Below, one piece after another: positions 52,501-61,903 of a DNA stretch of 64,000 nt. Below the pieces are notes generated by a model, which was not told the origin of the DNA, did no database searches, and saw only the letters and a list, made by a program, of their open reading frames with translations. Both the position numbers and the translations under genes were made by a program. Origin of the DNA: Caecitellus pseudoparvulus (taxonomy: Eukaryota > Protista > Bigyra: Bicosoecida); contig CBFFRQ010000067.1 of NCBI GenBank assembly GCA_965644315.1, positions 310,001 through 374,000 of the forward strand. The letters are read 5' to 3'. Positions within the stretch are counted from its first letter, which is position 1. Each line of letters opens with the position of its first letter.

Positions 52501-54417
52501 CAGGTCGCCCCCGCCGCCGAAGACATCCTCGGGCTCGGGGAACTGTGGCAGTGGTCGGTCCAGCATTTCCGACAGAGCCTGTGCCGCACGCAAGGACTGC
52601 GCAGCACGACTGCTCACAGTGGCAGTGCGTTCAGCAGCTGCCGGAGTCAGGGACCCGCGATCAAACTCCATGCGCGCGTTCAGCTGTTGCTGCTTGCGCA
52701 AGGACGTGTGATCGGTCAGCGCCGCCGCACACAGTGCGTCGTGAAAGCGCAGCAGCGCTTGCCGGGCTGCAGAGCGCTCAGCAGCTGACAACAGCGGCCA
52801 GGCCTGGCTTGACCCTGCAATGCGGTCGGTAGCCCACGTGCCAGGCGGCTGTGGGAGGCCCTCGTAGTGCTGGCTCAGCCGCTCGAAGGCGGCCACTTCG
52901 GCCTGAGCGGCACGCATGTCAGGCGCATACACGGCGTCCTCCGCCACTGCCTCTGGCCACTGCTGCACCATGCCTGGAGAAAACGAGGCCAAGCTCCGCC
53001 GGCGCGGCCCCGGAATGATGCCTGTCAGCCACTGGCACAGAGTCACGCCAGTGGGCGCAGGTGCCGACGCAGCCGGCGGGGAGTCACCCTCACCTTGGCC
53101 TGACACGCCTGCGAAACGCAGCACAGACAACACCAACGGCGCGCCCTGCCGCACGCCGTCTGCGACTTCCTTGGGCACAGCATCCAGGGGCACGCTGCCC
53201 CCCCTGGGGTTGTCGGAAGCTGTCAGACACACGGGAGGTAGCGCCTCGGGGGCACTGCTGAACGCACACGCTGAGACGGCGTCCATGTAACTTGTCGCCG
53301 CCTCCTCTGCCGGTGACTCGCCGTCCACGAGTTCTGTACTTGCCGGTGGTGTGTCGTCGCCGTCTGACCGCTCTGTGGGTGTCATGCGCACCGCTGGACC
53401 GAGCATGCCGTGCAGCAGGCTCAGAGCCGGTGTGCCACCGCCCCGCCACGCCCCAGACAAGAACAGCGAGAACAGCAACACCAACACAGCCTTCAGGCGC
53501 TGCAAGGCGAGCTTGCCGTCCAGACTGGCCTTCGTGGGGCGCGTCGCCTCTGGGAGGATGGACATGGCGGATGCGGCGGGGGCAGCGGACCCGCCCCCCC
53601 TGGACGGACCGCCCCCCCCCAGCAGCATGTCCAGATCGTCCATGCCAGACACGCCGCCAGCAGCGCCCCCCCCGGCACTGTTTGCCTGCACCCACGCATC
53701 CAGGTCCGCCTTGATGCGTTTCAACGCGCCCTTGGCCTCAGACGACAACAGACACGAAGGCGTCGTGGCAGCCCTGTCGCCGCCGCCCTGGCCTGCCAGG
53801 GCGGCCGCATGTGCCTTCAAGCAGCCCCGCACACACACCAGGAGCAACATGAACAAGCTGGGCATGAAGGGAGCGTAGCGCCCGCCAAGCAGCAGCGCTA
53901 CGCGCAACGCAGCAGGCACGTTCGAGGCCTGGAGGCGGTCCCCCCCCACCGCCATCACCAGCTCTGGCAGGTGGCGGGAGAGAGAAAGCGTCGTGACGTC
54001 CCGCTCGATCGTTGGGCGTGTGCTGGGCGTGATGTTGTGCCCTGCCAGCCGCTTCACCAGGCTCATGCTCTTGCGCAGGTCAGTCTTGGAGCCAGGCGAA
54101 ACGGAGCCCAGGCCAGCTTCAGGCAACAGGCCTGCCAGCTCGGCCCACACGCCACGCGTCGCTTGCAGCGCTGCAGCGAGTTTCATCCCTGGCTCGCGTG
54201 CGGCAGCTTGGGCTGACAGGCGCTCTTCAGCGGCGCTGGCGGCAGCTGAAAGGGTGTCCTGCTCGATGGCAGCAGCCTCCAACTCTGCTTCAGCGCCGTC
54301 ATCCTCCACAGCCCCACCAGCAGCGTCCACGGGCGCGTCAGTGGCCTTGGCGCGCTTCGATGCCTTGCCCTTGTGGGAGCGGCGCCTGCCTGCCCGGCTG
54401 CTCTGCTTGCTTGGCAT
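49546..54417 (-). CDS. UPF2: Regulator of nonsense transcripts 2 (UPF2), three MIF4G domains
   Basis: FDDEPTRAFYRDLPDL, LEHGGRYL, YIRSLILEQL...KLRKLPW, RFLGQLYTY, D.PTDHFRIHMVCALL, FQRY, acidic tract, C-terminal UPF1-binding-like segment FLRRTRKG...FAVP...LA. First ATG at 54417. Confidence 0.9.
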   Translation of the reverse strand: MPSKQSSRAGRRRSHKGKASKRAKATDAPVDAAGGAVEDDGAEAELEAAAIEQDTLSAAASAAEERLSAQAAAREPGMKLAAALQATRGVWAELAGLLPEAGLGSVSPGSKTDLRKSMSLVKRLAGHNITPSTRPTIERDVTTLSLSRHLPELVMAVGGDRLQASNVPAALRVALLLGGRYAPFMPSLFMLLLVCVRGCLKAHAAALAGQGGGDRAATTPSCLLSSEAKGALKRIKADLDAWVQANSAGGGAAGGVSGMDDLDMLLGGGGPSRGGGSAAPAASAMSILPEATRPTKASLDGKLALQRLKAVLVLLFSLFLSGAWRGGGTPALSLLHGMLGPAVRMTPTERSDGDDTPPASTELVDGESPAEEAATSYMDAVSACAFSSAPEALPPVCLTASDNPRGGSVPLDAVPKEVADGVRQGAPLVLSVLRFAGVSGQGEGDSPPAASAPAPTGVTLCQWLTGIIPGPRRRSLASFSPGMVQQWPEAVAEDAVYAPDMRAAQAEVAAFERLSQHYEGLPQPPGTWATDRIAGSSQAWPLLSAAERSAARQALLRFHDALCAAALTDHTSLRKQQQLNARMEFDRGSLTPAAAERTATVSSRAAQSLRAAQALSEMLDRPLPQFPEPEDVFGGGGDLALLWNRSGEGSDLGPFDDEPTRAFYRDLPDLTTQVPARLLGITPTPSQSAKPEPDKAGDGGATPKPQAARSGVAGSKARAKGSLDDALSQFGCAPAPAPPAPTATAKPPPTAPKEAPAAETSEAGDETEPASSKRRTLVVEDDGDAGFALQDESPDGKGDADTPLDLEATLGLTAAAPTKDTFDAAVSALWQAGSREMLDRWCVDFAAQGHFTKLGRGRLIKAMFTAGPALTHCAPFMARACAVFELVLPGFTAPLVALLEDELQYFLRKRPTGATDRKLANARLTVELLKFSICPPNVVFRALQRCAGRLTNLDAVQTLAVMLEHGGRYLCLLDATRPRALSVLATIAEQRRALHITGSAAMMLSDAVAACMPPAPMTRRVRPAVPPQEAYIRSLILEQLDESSIVHISSKLRKLPWNTEHGKILTTVLQVVFECVATQHTKLEDLASLLHTTCSKWRADLAVAVVDRTMEVIRGGLQASPAQDYAQASLRLGACRFLGQLYTYCVVSEHTIMHVCHSILSTGHRLTPAQALAAMHQYAVAREVRARVAAEGVPVPPFHAAAAAARQAAIAAAAEEGAPEPTAAQLQGAAEQAVRQHMERFQARARVAVADIEAFGGASSLLQFPLVAPPTHGPLSTVWGAHPLVPCAVDTPTDHFRIHMVCALLGEVLPFFGPGSPFRRPMSRFITAFQRYCLAKQDVSFTTDFLISETLEKVRPRLERFTHYMAAATAASEAEWLEATRAARAASLGVGTAPEEEEDEEEVEEEELDEEEVEEEEDVGVGAGDDEEEEEEEEDDEVEVDEDGLAAEEAGLSSDSDSDSLDEEALAEAAANTAADHRLDLALADIETSVLDSVARGRAGGAAAPSRVALPAHMLASAQSRGQVAGSRDGPSGGGTVPLMFLRRTRKGTGAGRLEAVSFAVPAGAPLARNVSEAQAAKRADASALASLTLDMEARQQAEEAAAAAASDPLSHARRARVRRKQT

Positions 54418-55004
54418 GGACGTTGGCTGCGGTGGAGACGAGCAAAATCCGCATGCGAGGCCACCCCACACAGCGCCGGTGCGAGGGCTCAGGCCATCGT
54501 CTCGCCGATGAGACAACTGCCTAGCGTGAACTCACAATGTACAGACTGGCCGCGCGCAGCTCAGCTCGCGTGCAAGGCGCACCGGCTCGGCGACAAGGTG
54601 GCAGCGAAACTGGCCTGCTCAAGGCAAGGCCGAGCTGCTGAAGGCGCACTGGAATGGCAGTGGAGCCTCATGAGCGTGATGCGGCATGCAAGTAGGCGCC
54701 TTTTGGTTCGGATTGTGCCATGCCCTCGTGCTCTGCCACTGGCGCGGGGGCTGCCCAAGCCCCGGGAGGTCGTCGCAGCTGCTTGGCGTGGCGCAGTGTG
54801 GCGAGGCAAACCAGGCGCGAATTGGAGCCAGCCAAGCATTCCCAACAATTCCAATAACACAACATGTGACAAGCATGACAGCTCGAATGCCAACCTTCTG
54901 CCCTCGCGCCTTGCTGCACGCGCAGCACCAGCCGCAGAGGCAACGCCCCCTCTTCGCCGCACACAGACGCATCTGACAACCGGCACCGCGCCCGGAGGTG
55001 GCCC

Positions 55005-57831
55005 ATGGCAGCAGCTGGGCGCCGCAGATCCCAGAGTCTGCATACTGTGCGGTGTGCCTTGAAGCCAGGCGCTGTCACGCTGGACTGCTCGTGCGTGGGC
55101 GCAGGCTCCTGTGCCGAAACGAGGCGAAATGCGGAAATCGCTCCACGCCCCCACACCTCGCAGACACTGTGACGATGTGGACGAGGACGTCATCCGGGAG
55201 GTCGTGGCGTGCATGGCGTCCGCGAAACGCATCAAGTTGAACGCGACAGACATCGGCCAAGCCGCCTTTACGTCCATTCTCCTGCCAGCGTTGCCCGGCG
55301 CCAGCCGCCTCGTAGACTTGCAGCTGTCAGGGTGTGGTCTAACCGCTGCGCCGCCGGAGCTGTTCCACCTGCCCACCCTGCGCAGCCTGGACCTGTCCTT
55401 CAACAAACTCGCCTCTGGCCTGCCCAGCGCCTTCTGGAGCGCCACAGAACTGCGCCGGCTGGAGCTGCACACCGTCGCGCCGTTGACGCGGAACCGGGTC
55501 AACACATCGCCCAACGCAGACGTGCCCACGCCTGCCGCAAGCAGCACACGCCTGCCGCAGTTCCCGCCGCCCCTCCCGCCACACCTGGCCCAGCCGCCCG
55601 CCATGGCTCTCGCCCACGTGAACATCTCAGGTTGTGGCGTGGGCACTCTGCACCCCTCCATCGCCGCACTGACCTCACTGCGCATGCTGTACGCGACACA
55701 CAACGCCTTGAAGGAGCTCCCAGAGGTGCTGGCTCAGATGCGATCTCTCATCGTGCTCGACGTCCAAGCCTGCCCCCTCGCCCGTGTCCCCCCCGCCCTC
55801 GCCGGCAGGCGGAACCTGGACCTCACCACTGGCCTGCCCAACGCCCTGGCCCCCTGGCTGCAGCTGGGTGACTTGCAGGCGGCCAGCAACGCAGCAGGCC
55901 TCACCGCCCTCGGCGTGCAACGCATCATCTCCGTCGTGCAGCCTTCCCTCGCCGCTGTGCACCCCGGCATGGACACCCTGTGCGTTTCAGTGGACGACAC
56001 GCCGGTCGCAGGACTGGGCTTCGCTGACGTGCCGGTGCCGTACCTGGTGCGTTTCACCGCAGCACCGGCTAACCGCCCCCTCACACCTGCCAGCATCGGT
56101 CTGGCACAAGGCGTGGACCCTGACACCCCCCTGCCCCCCCCCTCGTACCCCCCTCACCTGGCCAGACTGGACATGGCCACGCCCACCACCAGCCGCCACG
56201 GCACACCCCCCCTACAGCTGCATGCAGCCCGGTACAGAGTGTCACCCCCCGTACCCCCCTCCACGGCACCCCTGCCGCCCGAGGGCCCCTTAGATCCCTC
56301 AGACTTGTCCCTGGCGCCAGTTCTAGTGCATTGCCAGGCGGGAGCGTCGCGCAGTGCCGCTGTCAGCATCGCGCTGCTCATGGCGCTGCTGCGTTGGCCC
56401 CTGGCTCGTGCGTTTCGTCACGTCAAGGGCCGGCGGGGCGTGGTGCAGCCCAACCTGGGCTTCTGCCAGCAGCTCTTGCACTTTGAGCGCACGCTCGTGT
56501 CGGTGGGCGTGCTGACGGGGCGCGAGGTGGAGTTTGGACCGCCCCGCTCGCCACGCGACACCGCCGCAGCGGGTGTGTCAGGCGGCATCCCCAACTCCAC
56601 CACCGTGCAAGACCTGGTCCAGCAAGCGTCTGGCACGCTGAGTGCATCGGTGTGGGAGGCACGGTACGGGAAGGCGCCTCCGACGGAGAAACGGGGGGGG
56701 GGCGCGGCAGGTCGCAGACGCCGAGCCCAGCTGCGGAGTCTCGTCAAGGTACTGGGCGTCGCTGCCAGGCTCCGACATGGACGTGAGTCAGCGGTGGAGG
56801 GTGACGTGGAAGACGCGGGGGCCTTGGTGCCCCCCCCCACCGCCACGGTCGACGCAGACAGCACGCTGCCCCTCCTTGCCTTGCCAGCTGAGGATGCCGA
56901 TGGGCACGACGACACGGAGGACGAGACGCCAGCGCACCACTCGTGGTGTGTGGAGACGAGCTGGGTGTCGCCCCCCTCGCCCTCGCAGCACGCCGCCCAG
57001 CCCGGTCCCCGCCCCATCGACCTGGAGCGCAAGCCCAGTCTCACCGTCAGCGACTGGGGTGGCGATGGTGACGCGCGGGCCTGTGGCGAGGGGGGGGTCG
57101 GTGTCGACGACGCGGCTGCCGCTGCCCGCAGGCGACGACGGCGGTGGGCCCCCACCGCACACCCCCGAGCCCCCCCCGCCTTTAGCGGCCTGCCGCCCTC
57201 AGCGTGGAGCCACGCGCTGCGAGTGGAGCCCAGCCTCAGGCAACTCACGCCCACCCTTGTGCAACAAGGCGGGGGCGACACCACCCCCTCCAGTCCCCTG
57301 CCACCCACCCTGCCTGACCCAGTGGAGGGCGTGCCACCCAGTGGGTTCCTGGTCGGCAGCGGCGGCACCATCCTGCCCTTCACAGGCCAGGCGGGCGATC
57401 CAGCGCAGGAGCTGTGTGCCCCATCCACTGCCGCTGGCACCACCAGCGGGGTGCCCCCCACCAGCCCCTCTTCCGCTCCCGCAGCGCCCATCGTCGCCGT
57501 GGCATCCGCAGTGTCCCTGGCCCAGCTGTGTTCCGCGCTGGGGTCTGGCGTGGACAGCGGTCCCCCGGAACACCTGGCCCTCCCGCACCCCAGCGCGACC
57601 CCCACGCCACCCACCGCCGCCACCTGGCGCCACCGCAGCCGCACCGACAGCCCTGCGCCCATGCAGTTGCCTGCACTGCACTTCACGCCGCCGCCGCTGC
57701 CCCACGCAAACACCGCGCCGCGAGTCATCGCTGGCCACGGCGCCTTCCCAGCGCCGCCCCCTATCGACGCTGAGCTGTCCTCCCCAGCCCTGACTGCTCC
57801 TCCACTGCGCCGACACAGCTTCGGCGTGTAG
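55005..57831 (+). CDS. Leucine-rich-repeat dual-specificity phosphatase
   Basis: LRRs (LxxLxLSGCGL, LRSLDLSFNKL, LRMLYATHNALKELP). DSP: LQLGDLQAA, VDDTP, VLVHCQAGASRSAAV, VKGRR..VQPNLGF..QL..FE. Likely first exon 55005-55046, intron 55047-55104. Confidence 0.88.
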
Positions 57832-57881
57832 CGTGCATTCAGGCTGCCTATAATTCACAAACCCCGGCCTGCACTGCCAGG

Positions 57882-60800
57882 TCACAACAGGCCATCTGCA
57901 GGGCCTACACGAGCTGAGCGACGGGACGTGCCGCGGGCAGTGCCTCGAGCCGTGGCAAGGGCTTGGCTGCGCATGGCTGCTGCGTTGCGGGCCAGCGCGC
58001 CCTGCCTCGCCGCTGCCGCCCCCCGCAGCGTGCGAGCTGTGGAGCGCCCCGCCGGCATGGCGAACATGGTGTCTTGCCCGACGACGGGGCGGTGTTTGAC
58101 TTGGGCCAGGCGCGCAGCGCGAGCATGTGGCTGCTCTGACACACCTGCTTGCAAGGCAGCTGCCGTGGGCATGTAGCTGCGTGCTGTGCCCTGGCGTGAG
58201 CTGGGGAGGGGCAACGTGCCGCGGGAGGCTGCCGTGGCCTGTGCCGACGCGAAGGAGGGAAACATGAGGGAAGGGAACTTCTGCGCGATGATGACGAACT
58301 CCTCCAGGTCCACCGTGCCACTGTCGTCCTTGTCGGCCTGCTTGAAGATGGTGTTCACCTTGCCCTTCATTGTCGAGGCATCGCTCGCCATGTGATTGCC
58401 CAGCAAAATGCTCGTGACCTCAGCCTTGCTCAGGGTGCCGCTGTTGTCCACGTCATACAGGTAGAAGCAGAAGTTTACGCGCTGGTTGCGGTCTGCGCCG
58501 GTGAAGTTGTTCAGAGCCAGCAAGAGCTGCCGCAGGTCCAACTTGGATGCCCCCATCTGCATGAACACGTTGTACATCTGCCGATACCGCTGCCGCTTCG
58601 AAGCTGCGTCGACATCCCCCGCAAAGGAAATGTCGAACATGGTCAGCATCTCCTCAAACGTGACCAGGAAGTCCTTCGCGCCGTCCAGTTGGCGGTAGCG
58701 CAGGAAGGCCTTCTTCAAGTCAGGCAGGCGCAAAGCATTGTTCGCTACGAACTCCAGGCAGTACACGCGCTTCTCTTCCCTGCGCTGCAGCTCCAGAGCC
58801 TTGGTTGATGGCAATCCGCCGTCACCGCTGGATGGCGGCTTGGGCTTTGGCGTGGAGCTAGCAAAGGCTTGGTACTCCGGTCGATTGTCCCGGAGGAAGT
58901 CGGGGGAGGCGGGGTCTGGGTGGCGGCACAGGGCGTAGAATTCATCGAATGAAATCTGCCCGTCCCCGCTGCGGTCGGCAAGGGATATCATGGCCATGAC
59001 TTCTGCCTCTGTGATCAGCTCCCCCATGCACGTGAGGATGTGGCGCACTTCGGCAGGGCCCACCACCAAGTTGTGGTCCAAGTCAATGAACTTGAAGGCC
59101 ATCTCGATTTCTTCCTCCGTGAAACGGTCATCCACTGCCGCTGCGCTCTTCGGCTTGGCGGAAGTGTCGCCGCTGTCAGCCGTCGGTCGCGGCCTGAAGC
59201 CTTGGGCCTTTTGGAAGTGGAAGAGCTTCACTCCAGGCCGATACTCTCGTCGGGTGTGGTCGTGCACGTCGCCTTCTGCGTGGCGCTGCGGGAACCCCAC
59301 GCCTTCGTGGGCGACAAAGTCCACCTCCAGCTTGATCTCTCCGCGTGCCTCCAGGCTGCCCCACGTCGAGCGGGCCTTGATTGGCACCCACGCATCCCGA
59401 ATGCCAGTGGCGTACACTGCCGATAGCGGCAAGGACGTGGAGCCGATCAAGTCGTCGCTGCTGAGGCGGTCGTGGTCTTTCACTTCGATTCTGAGAGTGC
59501 TGTGGTCCACCACCCACAGCTCAAAGGTCTCACCCCACACTGGCGTCGCGCCGGCGCCGCGGTCCACCTTTGTCTTCACGTTGTGAGTGCACACGGAGCC
59601 TTCACATCGAAACTGCACGTACGGATCTTGCCGCCCTGTATCTTCTGAAGCCAGCCCACGCCCCTCCAGACACTTGATGCGCAGTTTCCCCGCCGGGAAG
59701 AACTGAAAGAGCAGGCGCACTGTGCCAGCCGCGTCCCGTCCGGACTTGGTCTTGAGGGGCAGCACGTGGGTATCGGGCTCCAAAGACGCCGTGAAGCGCA
59801 GGACGTCCAGGGTCGTCTTACCGATGAGGTCGTTCGTGGTCATGTCCTCGTCCCATAACTTCACGAGCAAAGGCTGCTGCCAACTGGACTCGTCCACCCA
59901 CAGCTCCAGCTGGTCCTCCATGAACACGGGGTGCTCGCCCCCCTCCTTCACAGTCGCGCTGCGCTTGGTCTGCTTGCCCAGCTTCACTTCCACGAACGGG
60001 TCTTGCTTGCTGAGCGTGTCCATGTTGGGCAGGTCGTGCCCAGACAAGCACGTTACCACCAACATGCCCGGCCAGAAGTGGAAGAACTCAGCGACGACGT
60101 GCACCTCGCCCAGGTCCTGCTTTGCACCATCCTCGGCATTGGTCAGGTCCAGCCGCAGGGCGCGGCGCTTGCCCCCCGTGCACTTGTAGATCTTGGAGAA
60201 GTCCATCTGCCCACCGCCCACCTTGGTGCCAGAGGACAGCAGCCCGCCCGCCTCCCACAGCTCCCACTCCAGCATCAGCGGCAGGCCTGGTTTGTGCAGG
60301 GCAGCAGGCTTCACAATGTCCATCACGATGCAGGGCCCGTCTTTCAACTCAGCCTTGTCCAGCTTCACCCCTCGCATGACGTCTGACTTGCCGTCCACTG
60401 CCTTGCTGCCTGCGCCGCCCCCAAGCTTCAGCTTCAGCACTGCATCCATGGTGCCGCCTCCACCAGCGGCTCTCGCAGACTGCCCCTTGATGTTCACCAG
60501 CTCAGTCACGGTGAAAAAGAGCCTGCCTGGAACGGGCTCCAGGGGCACGGCATCCTCCAACAAGTCCAACACGAAGGGCGCCGCTTTCGTTGGAGGCGGC
60601 GGCGGGGCACCCCCTCCGCCTTCCTCAACGTCCGAGTCCGCATCCACGCTCACAACACTGTCCTCAGCATCGCTGCCATCCCCTCCCCCCATCAGCTCTG
60701 CCAGCTTTGCTTCGAACTCCTCCGCGGGCATGTCTGAGCGCTTGGACCTTGCCGTGGGAGCTTTGGAAGGCGGCGCCTCTTCACTGGGCGGTGGCGGCGC

Positions 60801-61259
60801 AGGCTTCTTGGGTTCCTCCTTCTTCTTTTTCTTCTTCTTGGTTCGTTTTGGGGGACCTCGGGGTGGTGCTCGGCTGGGGGGTGGCTTCCCCATCGCGCCA
60901 CGAATGGAGGCAGCCTTCCCCGGCTGCCCCTTCGGTGGCCCCTTCGGCGGCCCACGCGGAGGGCCTGGGGGCTTTCCCCCTGAGGCAGCCCCCTTGGCAC
61001 GTCCCACAGCACTGAGCGCGAGAGCAGCCTGTCGAATGCTCATTCCGCGGGAGGGTGAGCGGCCCACTGGCGCCTTCGGGGGGCCTCTGGGCGGCGCACC
61101 GCCCCCTCCTGTCATTTGGCGTGTGCTTGCTGCCTTGAGTGCCAGCAGCGAGCCCACCTTCCCTGCGGGCTTGGACTTGGGTGGAGCTGGCATGTTTGGG
61201 GAAGGCGATGGCTTGCCAGAAGGTGGGCCTTCAGGCCGCTTGGGCGCCTTGGGAGGCAT
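57882..61259 (-). CDS. Multi-C2-domain / EF-hand calcium-binding protein
   Basis: Pro/Lys-rich N-terminus. C2 domains with DLPNMDTLSKQDPFV...WDEDMTTNDLIG and QDPYV...DHDRLSSDDLIG, plus a degenerate first C2. EF hands DLDHNLVVGPAE, DRSGDGQISFDE, DVDNSGTLSKAE, DKDDSGTVDLEE. Confidence 0.9.
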   Translation of the reverse strand: MPPKAPKRPEGPPSGKPSPSPNMPAPPKSKPAGKVGSLLALKAASTRQMTGGGGAPPRGPPKAPVGRSPSRGMSIRQAALALSAVGRAKGAASGGKPPGPPRGPPKGPPKGQPGKAASIRGAMGKPPPSRAPPRGPPKRTKKKKKKKEEPKKPAPPPPSEEAPPSKAPTARSKRSDMPAEEFEAKLAELMGGGDGSDAEDSVVSVDADSDVEEGGGGAPPPPPTKAAPFVLDLLEDAVPLEPVPGRLFFTVTELVNIKGQSARAAGGGGTMDAVLKLKLGGGAGSKAVDGKSDVMRGVKLDKAELKDGPCIVMDIVKPAALHKPGLPLMLEWELWEAGGLLSSGTKVGGGQMDFSKIYKCTGGKRRALRLDLTNAEDGAKQDLGEVHVVAEFFHFWPGMLVVTCLSGHDLPNMDTLSKQDPFVEVKLGKQTKRSATVKEGGEHPVFMEDQLELWVDESSWQQPLLVKLWDEDMTTNDLIGKTTLDVLRFTASLEPDTHVLPLKTKSGRDAAGTVRLLFQFFPAGKLRIKCLEGRGLASEDTGRQDPYVQFRCEGSVCTHNVKTKVDRGAGATPVWGETFELWVVDHSTLRIEVKDHDRLSSDDLIGSTSLPLSAVYATGIRDAWVPIKARSTWGSLEARGEIKLEVDFVAHEGVGFPQRHAEGDVHDHTRREYRPGVKLFHFQKAQGFRPRPTADSGDTSAKPKSAAAVDDRFTEEEIEMAFKFIDLDHNLVVGPAEVRHILTCMGELITEAEVMAMISLADRSGDGQISFDEFYALCRHPDPASPDFLRDNRPEYQAFASSTPKPKPPSSGDGGLPSTKALELQRREEKRVYCLEFVANNALRLPDLKKAFLRYRQLDGAKDFLVTFEEMLTMFDISFAGDVDAASKRQRYRQMYNVFMQMGASKLDLRQLLLALNNFTGADRNQRVNFCFYLYDVDNSGTLSKAEVTSILLGNHMASDASTMKGKVNTIFKQADKDDSGTVDLEEFVIIAQKFPSLMFPSFASAQATAASRGTLPLPSSRQGTARSYMPTAAALQAGVSEQPHARAARLAQVKHRPVVGQDTMFAMPAGRSTARTLRGAAAARQGALARNAAAMRSQALATARGTARGTSRRSARVGPADGLL

Positions 61260-61903
61260 GGCGTGCCCTGCTGCAGTGCCCCACGGAAACGCAGCGCTTG
61301 GAAACGCAAGCTGGCCGAAACAACCAGAACCGCGCCTGCAGGCGAGTCAACTCCGCTGCCTACGTCAGCAACGCATGCACAGCTGATTGGCTCTGCCTCG
61401 CATGCGCCGCAGTGAGCGTGTCAGCGTCACCTGCCTGCAGGCCTTCAGCGCGCACAAGTGCTGCGAGAAGCGCCCCCGACTCAGGCTACACACCCGCCGA
61501 CTTGGTAACTGGATATATGTTCCAGCCAGCTCTGGGCTGTTGCTAGCACTTCCTGAGACACGGAAAGGCACGGTGGAGTGGTCCATCAAAATTGATAATT
61601 TCTGGGTGATGTGCACCGTCTGCAAGGCGAGCTGTGGTGCTTTTGTTGTCTCCGACTTGCATAGATGGAATTCTAGGCCAAATACGAGCAATTTTGCTGC
61701 AAATGACAAAATAAACGCCCCCTGGTCGGGAGCGAGGCAAGTGCGCACATGTTCTCTGTCCCTATACCCCCACTTACGCCCCGCAGCGCGTAGGGCGGCG
61801 ACGGCGCGCTTCCGAGTTTCATCGACGTTTCGCGCCCAACGCCCAGCCTCCGAGCGCGACGCCGTAGCCAGTGAAGGCAGGACGCTCTGGCACAGCAAGC
61901 AAG

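Noticed and set aside
18936-54417. RNA-surveillance gene cluster (RNase III protein, NudC, UPF2)
   Set aside because: The genes are scattered over 35 kb among unrelated housekeeping genes, with no evidence of functional linkage.
61500-61760. AT-richer patch with Sm-site-like AATTTCTGG/AATTTTG, possible snRNA
   Set aside because: I could not match it to U1, U2, U4, U5, U6, U11 or U12 hallmarks. It lies between divergent starts and is more simply a bidirectional promoter. An Rfam/Infernal scan would settle it.
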